From assembly GCA_030390025.1 (NCBI GenBank), contig JASTWF010000035.1, forward strand, positions 1,054,001-1,118,000: a stretch of DNA of 64,000 nt, read 5' to 3'. Source of the stretch: Squalus acanthias (Eukaryota). The notes under the pieces are model-generated. The model had not been told where the DNA came from. It was given only the letters and a program-made list of their open reading frames with translations, and did no database searches. Below, in pieces: positions 13,569-24,985 of the stretch (positions within the stretch are counted from its first letter, which is position 1; every line of letters starts with the position of its first letter). Both the position numbers and the translations under genes were made by a program.

Positions 13569-13921
13569 CCTCTGTGCTTTCAGTATCTGTGCTGTTGGAG
13601 TTTGCAATGTACCAGCAGAATGCACTGTCTGTCCAAGGGCTGGTCCTGCCCCCAATTAGTACAAACCTGTCTCTTGTTCAGAATTCCATGTTTCACTTTC
13701 TCCTCCTACTTCCTGGGCAAGGCTAGGGCGGTTACAAAGTTGATCCTCACATGAACCACAGGCTGACACAGATGGAATCAAAAACAAGCTGACACAGAGG
13801 CAGATTGACAGAGCACGAAGGACAGAGAAACTCCAGAGGGAAAGAAAGACAGGCAGAGAAAACTGTGTCAATAGAGGGAGAGTACTTCAAGGTGGAGAGC
13901 AACAGGTTGTGATTATTCACA

Positions 13922-14141
13922 ATGTTTGCCAGCAGTGTGTGTTCGGTATTGCTGATCTGGTGCCAGGTTTTAAATCTTTCAGCAGCAGACAATGAAGAGA
14001 CTCCCGGTGACACTGTGATTGCTCTCAGAAGCGGGACGTTGTTAGCTGTCCCCGGTAACACATCCACCGGTCATTCACCAGGAGCTGATTGGGACACCGA
14101 GATTAAAGGAGCTACTTTAAGTCAGCAAGGAACTGCTTCAG
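13922..14141 (+). CDS. ADAM-family metalloprotease, first coding exon (signal peptide plus N-terminal extension), ends in phase 1
   Basis: ATG with A at -3; hydrophobic MFASSVCSVLLIWCQVLNLSAA signal-peptide-like start; donor CAG|GTGAGG; 220 nt, phase compatible with exon 34216; lies in unique non-TE sequence. Confidence 0.72.
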
Positions 14142-14239
14142 GTGAGGAAGAACAGTGACGGTTTAAGTCTCAGCACCTCTACTTCCATAAATACTGAGAA
14201 CACTGTGCAATGAGGAAATAGTCTGAGGTACAAATCATA

Positions 14240-16049
14240 CCGTTCAGGGGTACAGCACGGGTACTGTTCAGGGGGTACAGCACGGGTACTGTTCAGGGGG
14301 TACAGCACGGGTACCGTTCAGGGGGTACAGCACGGGTACCGTTCAGGGGTACAGCATGGGTACCGTTCAGGGGTACAGCACGGGTACTGTTCAGGGGTAC
14401 AGTACGGGTACAGTTCAGGGGTACAACACGGGTACTGTTCAGGGGCTACAGCACGGGTACTGTTCAGGGGGTACAGCACGGGTACTGTTCAGGGGGTAGA
14501 GCACGGGTACTGTTCAGGGGGTACAGCACGGGTACTGTTCAGGGGTACAGTACGGGTACCGTTCAGGGGTACAGCACGGGTACTGTTCAGGGGGTACAGC
14601 AAGGGTACTGTTCAGGGGGTACAACACGGCTACTGTTCAGGGGGTACAGCACGGGTACTGTTCAGGGGGTACAGCACAGGTACTGTTCAGGGGGTACAGC
14701 ACGGGTACTGTTCAGTGGGTACAGCACGGGTACTGTTCAGGGGTTACAGCACGGGCACTGTTCAGGGGGTACAGCACGGGTACTGTTCAGGGGTACAGCA
14801 CGGGTACTGTTCAGGGGTACAGCACGGGTACTGTTCAGGGGTACAGCACGGGTACTGTTCAGGGGTACAGCACGGGTACTGTTCAGGGGTACAGCACGGG
14901 TACTGTTCAGGGGTACAGTACGGGTACAGTTCAGGGGTACAACACGGGTACTGTTCAGGGGGTACAGCACGGGTACTGTTCAGGGGGTACAGCACGGGTA
15001 CTGTTCAGGGGGTACAACACGGCTACTGTTCAGGGGGTACAACACGGGTACTGTTCAGGGGGTACAACACGGGTACTGTTAAGGGGTACAACACGGCTAC
15101 TGATCAGGGGTACAACACGGGTACTGTTCAGGGGTACAACACGGCTACTGTTCAGGGGGTACAGCACGGCTACTGTTCAGGGGGTACAACACGGCTACTG
15201 TTCAGAGGGTACAACACGGCTACTGTTCAGGGGTACAACACGGCTACTGTTCAGGGGTACAACACGGGTACTGTTCAGGGGGTACAACACGGCTACTGTT
15301 CAGCGGGTACAGCACGGGTACTGTTCAGGGGGTACAACACGGGTACTGTTCAGGGGTACAACACGGGTACTGTTCAGGGGTACAGCACGGCTACTGTTCA
15401 GGGGGTACAGCACGGCTACTGTTCAGGGGGTACAGCACGGCTACTGTTCAGGGGGAACAGCACGGGTACTGTTCAGGGGGAACAGCACGGGTACTGTTCA
15501 GGGGTACAGCACGGGTACTGTTCAGGGGGTACAGCACGGCTACTGTTCAGGGGGTACAGCACGGCTACTGTTCAGGGGGTACAGCACGGCTACTGTTCAG
15601 GGGTACAGCACGGGTACTGTTCAGGGGGAACAGCACGGCTACTGTTCAGGGGGAACAGCACGGGTACTGTTCAGGGGCTACAGCACGGGTACTGTTCAGG
15701 GGGAACAGCACGGGTACTGTTCAGGGGTGCAGCACGGGTACTGTTCAGGGGGAACAGCACGGGTACTGTTCAGGGGGAACAGCACGGGTACTGTTCAGGG
15801 GGATCAGCACGGGTACTGTTCAGGGGGTACAGCAAGGGTACTGTTCAGGGGGTACAGCACGGGTACTGTTCAGGGGTACAGCACGGCTACTGTTCAGGGG
15901 GTACAGCATGGATACTGTTCAGGGGCTACAGCATGGGTACTGTTCAGGGGTACAACACGGGTACTGTTCAGGGGGTACAGCACGGGTACCGTTTGGGGTA
16001 CAGCACGGGTACTGTTCAGGGGTACAGCACGGGTACTGTTCAGGGGGTA
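14240..16049. repeat. 24/25-bp minisatellite GGGGTACAGCACGGGTACTGTTCA(G), about 74 units
   Basis: Direct reading; G-rich on the + strand; starts about 100 bp after the exon 1 donor. Confidence 0.98.
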
Positions 16050-16203
16050 AATCATTGTCATTTACAGTGAACAGAAGTGGCCCGTGTAACTGAACCCTGT
16101 GGTACACAGATACATAGATACATAGAAGATAGGAGCAGGAGTAGGCCATCCGGCCCTTCGAGCCTGCTCCGCCATTTAATGAGATCATGGCTGATCCTCC
16201 AAT

Positions 16204-19071
16204 TCAGTATCCCGTCCCCGCCTTCTCTCCGTAACCCTTAACCCCTTTTGCCTGTAGAAATATATCTAATTCCCTCTTAAATATATTTAATGAGCTGGCG
16301 TACACTGCCCTCTGTGGCAATGAGTTCCACAGGTTCACCACCCTCTGAGTGAAGAAATTCCCCCTCATTTCTGTCCTAAATGGTTTAGCCCTTATCCTTA
16401 AATTATGTCCTCTAGTTCTGTTCTCACCCGCCAAGGGAAACATTCCTTCTGCATCTAGTCTGTCTAGACCTGTCAGAATTTTATACACTTCTATGAGGTC
16501 CCCTCTCAATCTTCTAAACTCCAGTGTGTACATCCCTAAACTACATAGTCTCTCCTCATAGGTCAATCCCGCCATTCCTGGTATCAGCCTGGTGAATCGC
16601 CGCTGCACCCCCTCCATGGCAAGAACATCTTTCCTCAGATGAGGCGACCAAAACTGTACACAGTACTCGAGGTGTGGTCTCACCAGTGCCCTGTACAGCT
16701 GCAGCAAGGTATCCCTGTTCCTGTATTCCAACCCTTTTGCTATGAAGGCCAGCATACCGTTTGCCTTCTTGATCGCCTGTTGCACCTGCATGCTCGCCTT
16801 CAGTGACTGGTGTACAAGAACACCCAGGTCTCTCTGTACTTCCCCCTCTCCCAATTTATTGCCATTTAAGTAATAATTTGCCCTCCCGTTCCTGCACCCA
16901 AGGTGGATAACTTCGCACTTGTCCACATTATAGTGCATCTGCCATTTATCCGCCCAATCACCCAGTCTGTCCAAATCGCTCTGGAGCTTCCTGGTCTCCT
17001 CCTCTGAGCCCACCCCCCCTCCTAGTTTAGTGTCGTCTGCAAATTTGGAAATGCTGCATCCGACTCCCTGATCCAGGTCATTAATGTAAATTGTGAACAG
17101 CTGGGGACCCAGGACAGATCCCTGTGGTACCCCACTTGTTACTGCCTGCCATTCAGAAAATGAGCCGTTTATTCCAACTCTCTGTTTTCTATCTGACAGC
17201 CAGTTCTCTATCCACGTCAATACTTTCCCCTTTATCCCATGAGCTTCAATTTTCCCTGCTAATCTTTTATGTGGGACCTTATCGAAGGCCTTTTGGAAGT
17301 CCAGGTACACCACATCTACTGGCTCTCCCCCATCTATTTTACCAGTTACTCCCTCAAAAAATTCCAATAGATTAGTCAAGCACGATTTACCCTTTGTAAA
17401 TCCATGTTGACTCTGTCCTATCCTGTCCCCATTTGCTAAGTGCTCCGCTATTTCATCCTTAATGATGGACTCCAGCATTTTGCCCACAACTGATGTAAGG
17501 CTTACAGGTCTGTAATTACCTGCTTTTTCCCTACCCCCCTTTTTGAATAGTGGGGTAACGTTAGCTACCCTCCAATCCATGGGCACTGTTCCCGAGTCTA
17601 ATGAATTCTGAAAAATCATACTTAGTGCATCCGCTATCTCTAGGGCCACCTCCTTCAGCACCCTAGGATGCATGTTATCAGGCCCTGGGGATTTGTCCGC
17701 CTTCAATCCCTTTAGCTTCCTTAACACCATATCCTTAGAGATATTGACTTGCGTCAGTTCCTCCTTTGCAAATGTCCCTATTTTTCCCGATATCCCAGGG
17801 AGGTTTTTTGTGTCTTCCTTCGTAAAGACTGACCCAAAGTATGCATTTAGTTGGTCTGCCATTTCTTTATTTCCCGTTATATATTCCCCCGTATCTGACT
17901 GCAATGGGCCAACTTTGGTTTTCACCAGTCTTTTCCTCTTGATATACTTATAAAAGCTTTTGGAGTTAGTTTTTATATTTTCCGCCAGCTTGCTTTCGTA
18001 AGCTATTTTGCCCCTCTTGATTAAGCCCTTTGTCCTCCTTTGCTCTATCTTAAACTGTTCCCAATCTTCCGCTCTGGCGCTTTTTTTGGCTATTTTATAC
18101 GCCCTATCTTTGGATTTTATGCTGTCTCTAATTTCCCCTGTTATCCACGGTTGAGTCACCTTTTTAGATTTCCTTTTATGCCAGATTGGTATAAACAATT
18201 TTTGCAATTTTGTCATTCTATCTTTAAATGCTTGCCATTGTTTATCTACCTCCAGTCCTCCCAGGAACGTTGTCCAATCAGACCTACTCAGTTCCCGTCT
18301 AATGGCATCATAATTCCCCTTGTTTAAATTCAGGACCTTAGTATCTGAGTCAATTTCTTCGCTCTCCATTTCGAGTGAGAAATCGATCATGTTATGATCG
18401 CTCTGACCCAAGGGTCCCCGTACAACAAGATTACTAATTAGTCCCTTCTCATTGCACAGTACCCAGTCCAATATAGCCTGTTCCCGAGTTGGTTCCTCGA
18501 CATATTGATCCAGATAACCATCCCTTAAACACTCAAGGAATTCCTCCTCCTCATTATTTTTACTGATTAGGCTATTCCAATCTATATGTAAGTTAAAGTC
18601 ACCTATGATGACAGCTGTGCTCTTATTGCACGCTTCTCTAATTTCCCTCGTGATGCCCTCCCCAACCTCTATTTTACTATTTGGAGGCCTATATACCACT
18701 CCTATTAATGTTTTTCGCCCCTCGCTATTTCTTAGCTCCACCCATATAGATTCTGTATTAACTGAGTTAATATCCTTCCTTTCAATTGCATTTATCCCTT
18801 CTTTTACCAGCAATGCTACCCCTCCTCCCTTTCTTTTTTGTCGATCCTTCCTAAATACTGAATACCCCTGTATGTTAAGCTCCCAGCCCTGCTCACCCTG
18901 CAACCATGTTTCCGTAATCCCAATTAGATCATAATTATTAACCTCTATTTCCACAGCTAATTCATCTACCTTGTTCCTGATGCTTCTCGCATTAAGGTAT
19001 AAAACCCTCAGGCTTTTTTTATGCTCACATTTTTTATGAATTAGTTTGGCCCTTTGTTTTTTGTTCCTCAC
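16204..19071 (-). CDS. CR1 ORF2: APE endonuclease plus reverse transcriptase (955 aa open frame, no in-frame ATG near the start)
   Basis: APE motifs LYLNARS, GITETW, YRPP, GDFN, SDHN; RT motifs YRPVSLTS, QHGF, LDFQKAFDKV, GVPQGSVLGP, FADD; no stops. Confidence 0.96.
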   Translation of the reverse strand: MRNKKQRAKLIHKKCEHKKSLRVLYLNARSIRNKVDELAVEIEVNNYDLIGITETWLQGEQGWELNIQGYSVFRKDRQKRKGGGVALLVKEGINAIERKDINSVNTESIWVELRNSEGRKTLIGVVYRPPNSKIEVGEGITREIREACNKSTAVIIGDFNLHIDWNSLISKNNEEEEFLECLRDGYLDQYVEEPTREQAILDWVLCNEKGLISNLVVRGPLGQSDHNMIDFSLEMESEEIDSDTKVLNLNKGNYDAIRRELSRSDWTTFLGGLEVDKQWQAFKDRMTKLQKLFIPIWHKRKSKKVTQPWITGEIRDSIKSKDRAYKIAKKSARAEDWEQFKIEQRRTKGLIKRGKIAYESKLAENIKTNSKSFYKYIKRKRLVKTKVGPLQSDTGEYITGNKEMADQLNAYFGSVFTKEDTKNLPGISGKIGTFAKEELTQVNISKDMVLRKLKGLKADKSPGPDNMHPRVLKEVALEIADALSMIFQNSLDSGTVPMDWRVANVTPLFKKGGREKAGNYRPVSLTSVVGKMLESIIKDEIAEHLANGDRIGQSQHGFTKGKSCLTNLLEFFEGVTGKIDGGEPVDVVYLDFQKAFDKVPHKRLAGKIEAHGIKGKVLTWIENWLSDRKQRVGINGSFSEWQAVTSGVPQGSVLGPQLFTIYINDLDQGVGCSISKFADDTKLGGGVGSEEETRKLQSDLDRLGDWADKWQMHYNVDKCEVIHLGCRNGRANYYLNGNKLGEGEVQRDLGVLVHQSLKASMQVQQAIKKANGMLAFIAKGLEYRNRDTLLQLYRALVRPHLEYCVQFWSPHLRKDVLAMEGVQRRFTRLIPGMAGLTYEERLCSLGMYTLEFRRLRGDLIEVYKILTGLDRLDAEGMFPLAGENRTRGHNLRIRAKPFRTEMRGNFFTQRVVNLWNSLPQRAVYASSLNIFKRELDIFLQAKGVKGYGEKAGTGY

Positions 19072-19145
19072 CCTTTTACCATTTATTTCTGTCTGCCTTT
19101 CACTTTCCTCTATTTCACTACATAGGTTTCTAGCCCCCTGCCATA

Positions 19146-20009
19146 CTAGTTTAAATGCTCCCGAACTGCTTTATCAAAAATTACCCCGAGAACATCAGTT
19201 CCATCTTTGCACAGGTGTAGACCGTCCCTTTTGTATAGGTCACACCTACCACAAAACTGGTTCCAATGCCTCAAAAATTTAAAACCCTCCCTCTTACACC
19301 ACTGCTCAAGCCACGTATTTAGCCTAACTATCCTGTTCTCTGTACTCTTACTAGCACGTGGCACTGGTAGTAATCCAGAGATTACTACCTTCGAGGTCCT
19401 ACTTTTTAGCTTGGCTCCTAACTCCCTAAATTCTACTTGTAGGACCTCTTCCCTTTTTTTAGCTACGTCGTTGGTACCAACATGTATCACGACAACTGGC
19501 TGTTCCCCCTCCCCCTCCAGAATGTTCTGCACCCGCGCCGAGACATCCTTGACCCTTGCACCAGGGAGGCAACATACCATCCTGGAGTCTCGGTCGCGAC
19601 CACAGAAACCCCTATCTATTCCCCTTACAATCGAATCCCCTATTACTATAGCCCTGCCACTCTTTTTCCCTCCCTTCTTTGCAACAGAGCCAGTCATGGT
19701 GCCATGAGCCTGGCTGCTGGTGCCTTCCCCCGATGAGCCATCCCCCACGACAACAGCACCTAAGGCGGTGAACCTGTTGCTAAGGGAGACAACCCCAGGG
19801 GATTTCTGCACTACCTTCCTGCCCTTGCTCTGCCTTTTGGTCACCCATGTACTATCTACGCTGGCCTTAACCTGCGGTGTGACCAACTCACTAAATGTGT
19901 TATCCACAACCCTCTCAGAATCGTGGATGCTCCAAAGTGAGTCCATCCGCAGCTCAAGGGCCGTCATGCGGTCCCACATGAGCTGCAGCTGGACACACTT
20001 CCCGCACAC
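19146..20009 (-). CDS. CR1 ORF1, partial: CxxC/leucine-zipper remnant plus SGNH esterase domain
   Basis: CGKC followed by a heptad leucine region; SGNH blocks VIGDSIVR, CCLPGA, HVGTND, DGLHL. Confidence 0.93.
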   Translation of the reverse strand: MCGKCVQLQLMWDRMTALELRMDSLWSIHDSERVVDNTFSELVTPQVKASVDSTWVTKRQSKGRKVVQKSPGVVSLSNRFTALGAVVVGDGSSGEGTSSQAHGTMTGSVAKKGGKKSGRAIVIGDSIVRGIDRGFCGRDRDSRMVCCLPGARVKDVSARVQNILEGEGEQPVVVIHVGTNDVAKKREEVLQVEFRELGAKLKSRTSKVVISGLLPVPRASKSTENRIVRLNTWLEQWCKREGFKFLRHWNQFCGRCDLYKRDGLHLCKDGTDVLGVIFDKAVREHLN

Positions 20010-20010
20010 A

Positions 20011-20875
20011 TGGTGTGCAAATATCGTCTGGACGCAAATATTAGCGCCTGGCGCTAATTATCGGCACTGACTGGAAACTTCACTTTTACCGCCCCGGGAG
20101 GTGAGTGGAGCGCTAAAGCAGGCGCTGCACACCTGTCTTAAGGCGCAAAGGCCGAGCAGTGAGGCGCTAACTCAGAGCGCTGGCGAAGCTCATGTAATGT
20201 CAGTCAGCAATGGAACACACACACAATGGCACGGGCCAGTTCTTAAAGGGGATGGTTAATCTTGCTTTCCATCCACATCCTGTTCATTGCAGCCTTGAAT
20301 CTCGGCCTGGAGAGACTTGCACATCAAATGTGCTGGAAAGAACAATGGAGAGTACCAGGCAAAGAGCTCAGAGTGCAGCTCCCACAGTCTCTGCTAAATC
20401 GATACAAGGAATGGCAAATCAAAATGAACCTGCAAAGTGCTGCTCAGTACCCAAAACTCCTTCACACAATGTTGAATCTCTCCAGAAGTCTCTCCCTCTC
20501 TCTCTCAGAATGCGTAGTTCAAAAATGGCACCAACAATAAAAGGCAGGAAGAGGCCCCCTTTAAATAGCGCCCCATCAGCCCCACAGCGATTGATAGCGT
20601 TCCAGTCTTCTGGTCGTTGGATGCGCCAGGCGGTAAGGCAGGGGGCGCCACTCAATTTCCGCGCCGGGGCGCCACAAGGGCGTTGCACCATGGAATGACG
20701 TCACAATCTGCGCGCGCAGGTGGTCGCAGCGGTATGTTTTAGCGCCGCCGCACAATGTCAAGTTAAGTTCTCGAGCGGCGCAAACATCGCTGCGCCCGGG
20801 CGTTAGCGGCTTTGCGCCCCATTAGCGCCCTCTTAAGGCGCTAACGGGAGGCGCAACCAACTGAATTTTTACCCC
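20011..20875 (-). mobile_element. Non-autonomous Harbinger (MITE), missing about 27 bp of one terminus
   Basis: Ends match the termini of element 44967-49226; right TIR TGAATTTTTACCCC followed by ATA; same family as 51708-52604 and 57671-58506. Confidence 0.9.
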
Positions 20876-21375
20876 ATAGAGCCTTACAGCACCGAAGGAG
20901 GCCGTTCGGCCCCTCGTGCCTGTGCCGGCTCTTTGGAAGAGCTATCCAATTGGTTTATCTCCCTTGCTCTTTCCCCATAGCCCTGCAATTTTCTCCTTTT
21001 CAAGTATTTAACCAATTACCTTTTGAACATAAGGACAGGAGGAGGCCATTTAGCCCCTCGCGCCTGTTCCGCCATTCAATGAGATCGTGGCTGATCTGTG
21101 GCCTAACTCTATATACCATTTCAAAATTACTATTGAATCAGCTTCCACCACCCTTTCAGGCAGTGTATTCCAGATCATAACAACTCGCTGTGTAAAAAAT
21201 ATTCTTCTCCTCTCGCCTCTGGCTCTTTTGCCAATTAGCTTAAATCTGTGTCCTCTGGTTAGCGCCCTTCCTGCCACTGGAAACTGTTTCTCCTTATTTA
21301 CACTATCAAAACTGTTCATGATTTTAAATGCCTCTATTTAATCTCCCCTTAATCTTCTCTGCTCTGAAGAGAACT
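20876..21375 (-). mobile_element. Nested CR1 3' end fragments
   Basis: Two CR1 tails (near 20880 and 21025) and ORF remnant TRGHRFKL...FFTQRVV.IWNTLP. Confidence 0.85.
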
Positions 21376-21444
21376 TCTAAACACTAATTAAGGGGAGGAG
21401 AAAAAACTGGATTAAAAATCAGTTTTTATTTTTGTTTATTCATT

Positions 21445-22880
21445 CACGGGAGCAGGCAGATCACGATGTCAATCAGTGTGCAACGCTGATTTGACACTAG
21501 CACTGCCATTTTCGAACTCCCTGCTCCAGCCTACGCCTTGCCTTAACCTCGCACAGCTGAACACACGTTAAACAAAATGAAGGACCTCCACCAGCGCTAT
21601 TTAAAGTGATCTAAACTACTTCGAGTTTAGTTGCTGAATTATTTCTTCTGGCTGTTGCTGCAATTCTACACATTTTGGGTCTTTTTCCAAACTTGTTTAA
21701 GGTTTCAATAGTCTACAGGGAATGGTCTGGCTGGTGTAGGTAGGTGAACCCGCACCTCCCGTCTTACAATTCCAGAATCCAACTTGAACCCCTTCTGGGT
21801 GGGGTAAAATGGTCAAGGCTCACAAACTCAGTACAACTCAGTATGCCTTTAACTATTTATTGTACTACGAATAACATACAAACGTCAATGCACTGTTCCC
21901 TTATAACTCCAAACAATACTAACATACACCGTTCCCTTTAACTCTTTAATTTCAAACACCAGTTACCCCAGCGATCAAGTGGAGGAGCCTGTTTCCATCT
22001 GTACGGGTGATCAAACCCTCCGCAGTTTCCTTGCAAGTTGCTGCCCCCTGTTTCTAAACACACCCTTTTATAATACAAAAGATCAAAACCCGTGACAATA
22101 GACTGACGCAAACCCTTCCCCTTTTGATTGTACCATCTTAATCTCGTCTTTCTGCCATTCTGTTCGATTTCAAACCATACAATACAAAAAGAAATGTCTT
22201 CATCCTGTTTGACGTTCGCCATTATCACACAAAGAAATGTCTTGATTAGACACTTCCTTGTTTATCATCAGTTTGAAAGGTTAGTGAATGGGTTTCAATC
22301 CAACGACAATCCTGGCATTAACATTTCCAAAAGATGAGGGAGCCGTTCCAGACTCGGTGGAACCAATTGTAAATCTGGTTAACAGCTGGACCAAGGGGTT
22401 TCACTGGACAGGATAGTCAGTTGAATTTACACAAACGCATGCCATTGTGTGATTTGATTGTTCCAGCCACTTCCTTGGTTGGCAAATTCATGAAGTAAAA
22501 AGAGTCGTGTCTGTGGTTCTTATGCTGCTTAATCCAGAGCGTGTATTACAAATTCCTTTTAAAAGTCTCGTCTTTCCTCATGATATGCTAGGATACGAAG
22601 TTTGATCAGTTTCTTATGTTTCGTCAATTTCACAAAACTGCCTTTACAGTCCAGCCGTTTGACTCTTTAATGTTGGTATCATTTAAATTGAATGCGTTCT
22701 TGCTGCAGGAATTGGCTACACTGGTGCTGAAGTACTTTTTTGGTAACTTAAAGGCTTGTGTACAAATCAATACCTTCCAGACATGGGTGGCCTAGTCGGG
22801 CTTTTGGCATTGAGCATGACTGGGACAATGAGCAGAGGCCGTGCAGAGCAGGTCAAGCTGCCAGAAGAGGGAGGACTCTC
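21445..22880 (+). mobile_element. 5' part of a third Harbinger family (promoter plus transposase start), split by a solo LTR
   Basis: 21445-21734 joined to 22721-22880 is colinear with 53030-53450, which leads into a Harbinger transposase (MGGLVG...). Confidence 0.8.
21735..22720 (-). mobile_element. Solo LTR, 986 bp (Gypsy or ERV type)
   Basis: Starts TGTAG, ends CTACA; 4-bp TSD CTGG (21731-21734, 22721-22724); minus-strand TATAAAA (22072-22066) upstream of AATAAA (21861-21856); cleanly interrupts a recognisable repeat. Confidence 0.85.
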
Positions 22881-24378
22881 AGGTTGCTAAGGGAATTGGG
22901 GGAGGAGATAGCGGAAGGGCTTGCCATAATTTTCCAATCTTCCCTAGATGCTGGGGAGGTGCCTGAGGATTGGAAAGTGGCAAATGTGACGCCATTGTTC
23001 AAGAAAGGGTGTAAGGACAATCCTAGTAACTACAGGCCGGACAGTTTAACATCAGTGGTGGGTAAAGTTTTAGAAACAATAATCAAGGAAAAAATTAATG
23101 GAGAGCCAACATGGATTTGTAAAAGGCAGATCGTGTTTGACTAATCTAATTGAATTTTTTGATGAAGTAACAGAGAGGATTGATGAAGGGAATGCAATGG
23201 ATGTTGTCTACATGGATTTTCAGAAGGCGTTTGACAAAGTACCACATAGAAGGCTGGTTAACAACATTGAGGCTCATGGAATAGGTGGGTCAGTGGCAGC
23301 TTGGATAAAGAATTGGCTTAAGGACAGAAAACAGCAAGTTGTGGTAAATGGCTGTTTTTCAGACTGGAGGATGGTAGACAGTGGTGTTCCCCAAGGGTCA
23401 GTGCTGGGGCCACTGCTTTTTTTGATGTATATAAATGACCTGGATATTGGAATACAGAGTAGAATTTCTAAATTTGCCGATGACACCAAATTTGGGGGCG
23501 TGGCAAACAGTGATGATGATACCAATCGACTGCAACAGACATAGAAAGGCTAGCAGAATGGGCAGACAAGTGGCAGATGGAATTTAATACAGAGAAGTGT
23601 GATGTGATGCATTTTGGCAGAAGGAACAGGGAGAGGCAATATACAATTAATGGCACAGTTTTAAAGAGTGTGCAGGGACAGAGGGACCTGGAAGTTAATG
23701 TGCATAGGTCCCTGAAGGTGGCAGGACATATTGAGAGAGTGGTTAGCAAAGCATATGGGATCTTGGGCTTCATAAATAGAGGTATTGAGTACAAAAGTAG
23801 AGAAGTTATTCTGAACCTTTATAAAGCACTGGTTAGACCACAACTGGAGTATTACGTCCAGTTCTGGTCACCGCACTTTGGGAAGGATGTGAAGGCCCTT
23901 GAGAGGGTGCAGAGGAGATTTACCAGAATGGTTCCGGGGATGGGGGATCTTAGTTACAAGGACAGGTTGGAGAAGCTGGATTTGTTCTCCTTGGAGCAAA
24001 GGAGGTTGAGGGGTGATTTGATAGAGGTGTACAAGATTATGACAGGTTTGGATAGGCTAGACGGGAAAAGGCTGTTCCCACTAGTTGATGGTACAAGGAC
24101 TAGGGGACACAGATTTAAGGGTTTGGGCAAGAGATACGTATGTAAGGAAAAACTTTTTTACGCAGCGAGTGGTGATGACCTGGAATTCGTTGTCGACGGA
24201 AGTGGTGGAAGCGGAGACACTCAATGTTTTCAAGGGGAGACTGGATAGGCACTTGAGGGAAATAAACTTGCTGGGCTACGGGGATAGAGCGGGGGGAATG
24301 GGACTGACTGGATTGCTCTACAGAGAGCCGGCACGGACTCGATGGGCCGAATGGCCTCCTGTGCCATTATGACTCGAT
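22880..24378 (+). mobile_element. 5'-truncated, frameshifted CR1 (RT to 3' end)
   Basis: ORF pieces 22758-23144, 23098-23544 and 23577-24248 carry QHGF, QGSVLGP and FADD; CR1 tail near 24350-24375. Confidence 0.93.
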
Positions 24379-24874
24379 CTGTGTTCTTGTATTTACTGTA
24401 CTCCCCAATTTGGTGTCATCCGCTAATTTTGAAATTGTACTTATGATTCCTGAGTCCAAATCCTTTATGTAAGTGGTGAACAACATTGGTCGCAACCGAT
24501 CCTTGTGGAACACCACTTCCCACGTCTTGGCCTCATCTGGCTGCTCAATAAAACACAGCCTTGATGTTCCATCGTTGTTCTGTGCTGAGTTAGCCCAGTG
24601 CCTGCTATGGGAGCTGCAATTGGCTTCAGTACACGGGTTAGTGTGAGGAGCAAATGGGACAGAGCTCCCGCCCCGAACAAATCCAGTGACCCGTTGTCAT
24701 GCGTGGACGTCGAGGTGAAGGTAGACTCGAGCTTGGCTGTGATACCCCTGCGATTGAATAGCCTGTCAAGACTCACTGTCAAAGACATTTGAGTGAGGGT
24801 CTGGACTCTGGAGGGCACCTGGTGCCTATGGAAGCATATTCCAGGGGCATTCCCTTATCCAGAGAAGGAGAAAA

Positions 24875-24985
24875 AGCATTTATATAGCACCTTTCTCATC
24901 TTCTTTACTTCCCAAAGGGCTTGACAGCTTTTGAAGTGTAGTCACTGTTGTTATGTAGGCAAACTTGACTGCCAGTTATGTACAG
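24875..24985 (-). mobile_element. Degenerate Deu-type SINE tail
   Basis: GCATTTATATAGCACCTTT...TTTTGAAGTGTAGTCACTGTTG is the reverse-complement counterpart of the tail at 12128. Confidence 0.5.

Larger units (their letters stand above)
16105..20010 (-). mobile_element. CR1 LINE, 5'-truncated within ORF1, ORF2 uninterrupted
   Basis: 3' tail with (TATGTATC)n-like repeats near 16105-16125, 3' UTR, ORF2 and most of ORF1 in tandem. Confidence 0.97.

Noticed and set aside
14715..16093. 451-aa GVQHGYCS-repeat ORF (keratin-associated-like)
   Set aside because: Translation of a 24/25-bp minisatellite whose unit length varies by 1 bp, incompatible with coding constraint.
16046..16104. Missing terminus of the 20011 MITE displaced by the CR1 insertion
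   Set aside because: GGGGTAAATC only partly resembles the TIR and is continuous with the minisatellite G-run; following bases do not match the MITE.
16349..19736. Plus-strand ORFs antisense to CR1 (similar ones at 26-33, 50-57 and 62-63 kb)
   Set aside because: Shadow frames recurring only because the CR1 copies are homologous.
16204..20009. Novel RT plus esterase system (retron, DGR or defence-like)
   Set aside because: APE-RT ORF2 with an SGNH-esterase ORF1 is the established architecture of many CR1/L2 LINEs.
24530..24860. Possible SINE-like interspersed repeat
   Set aside because: Single copy in the window with no clear A/B boxes or TSD; left unclassified.
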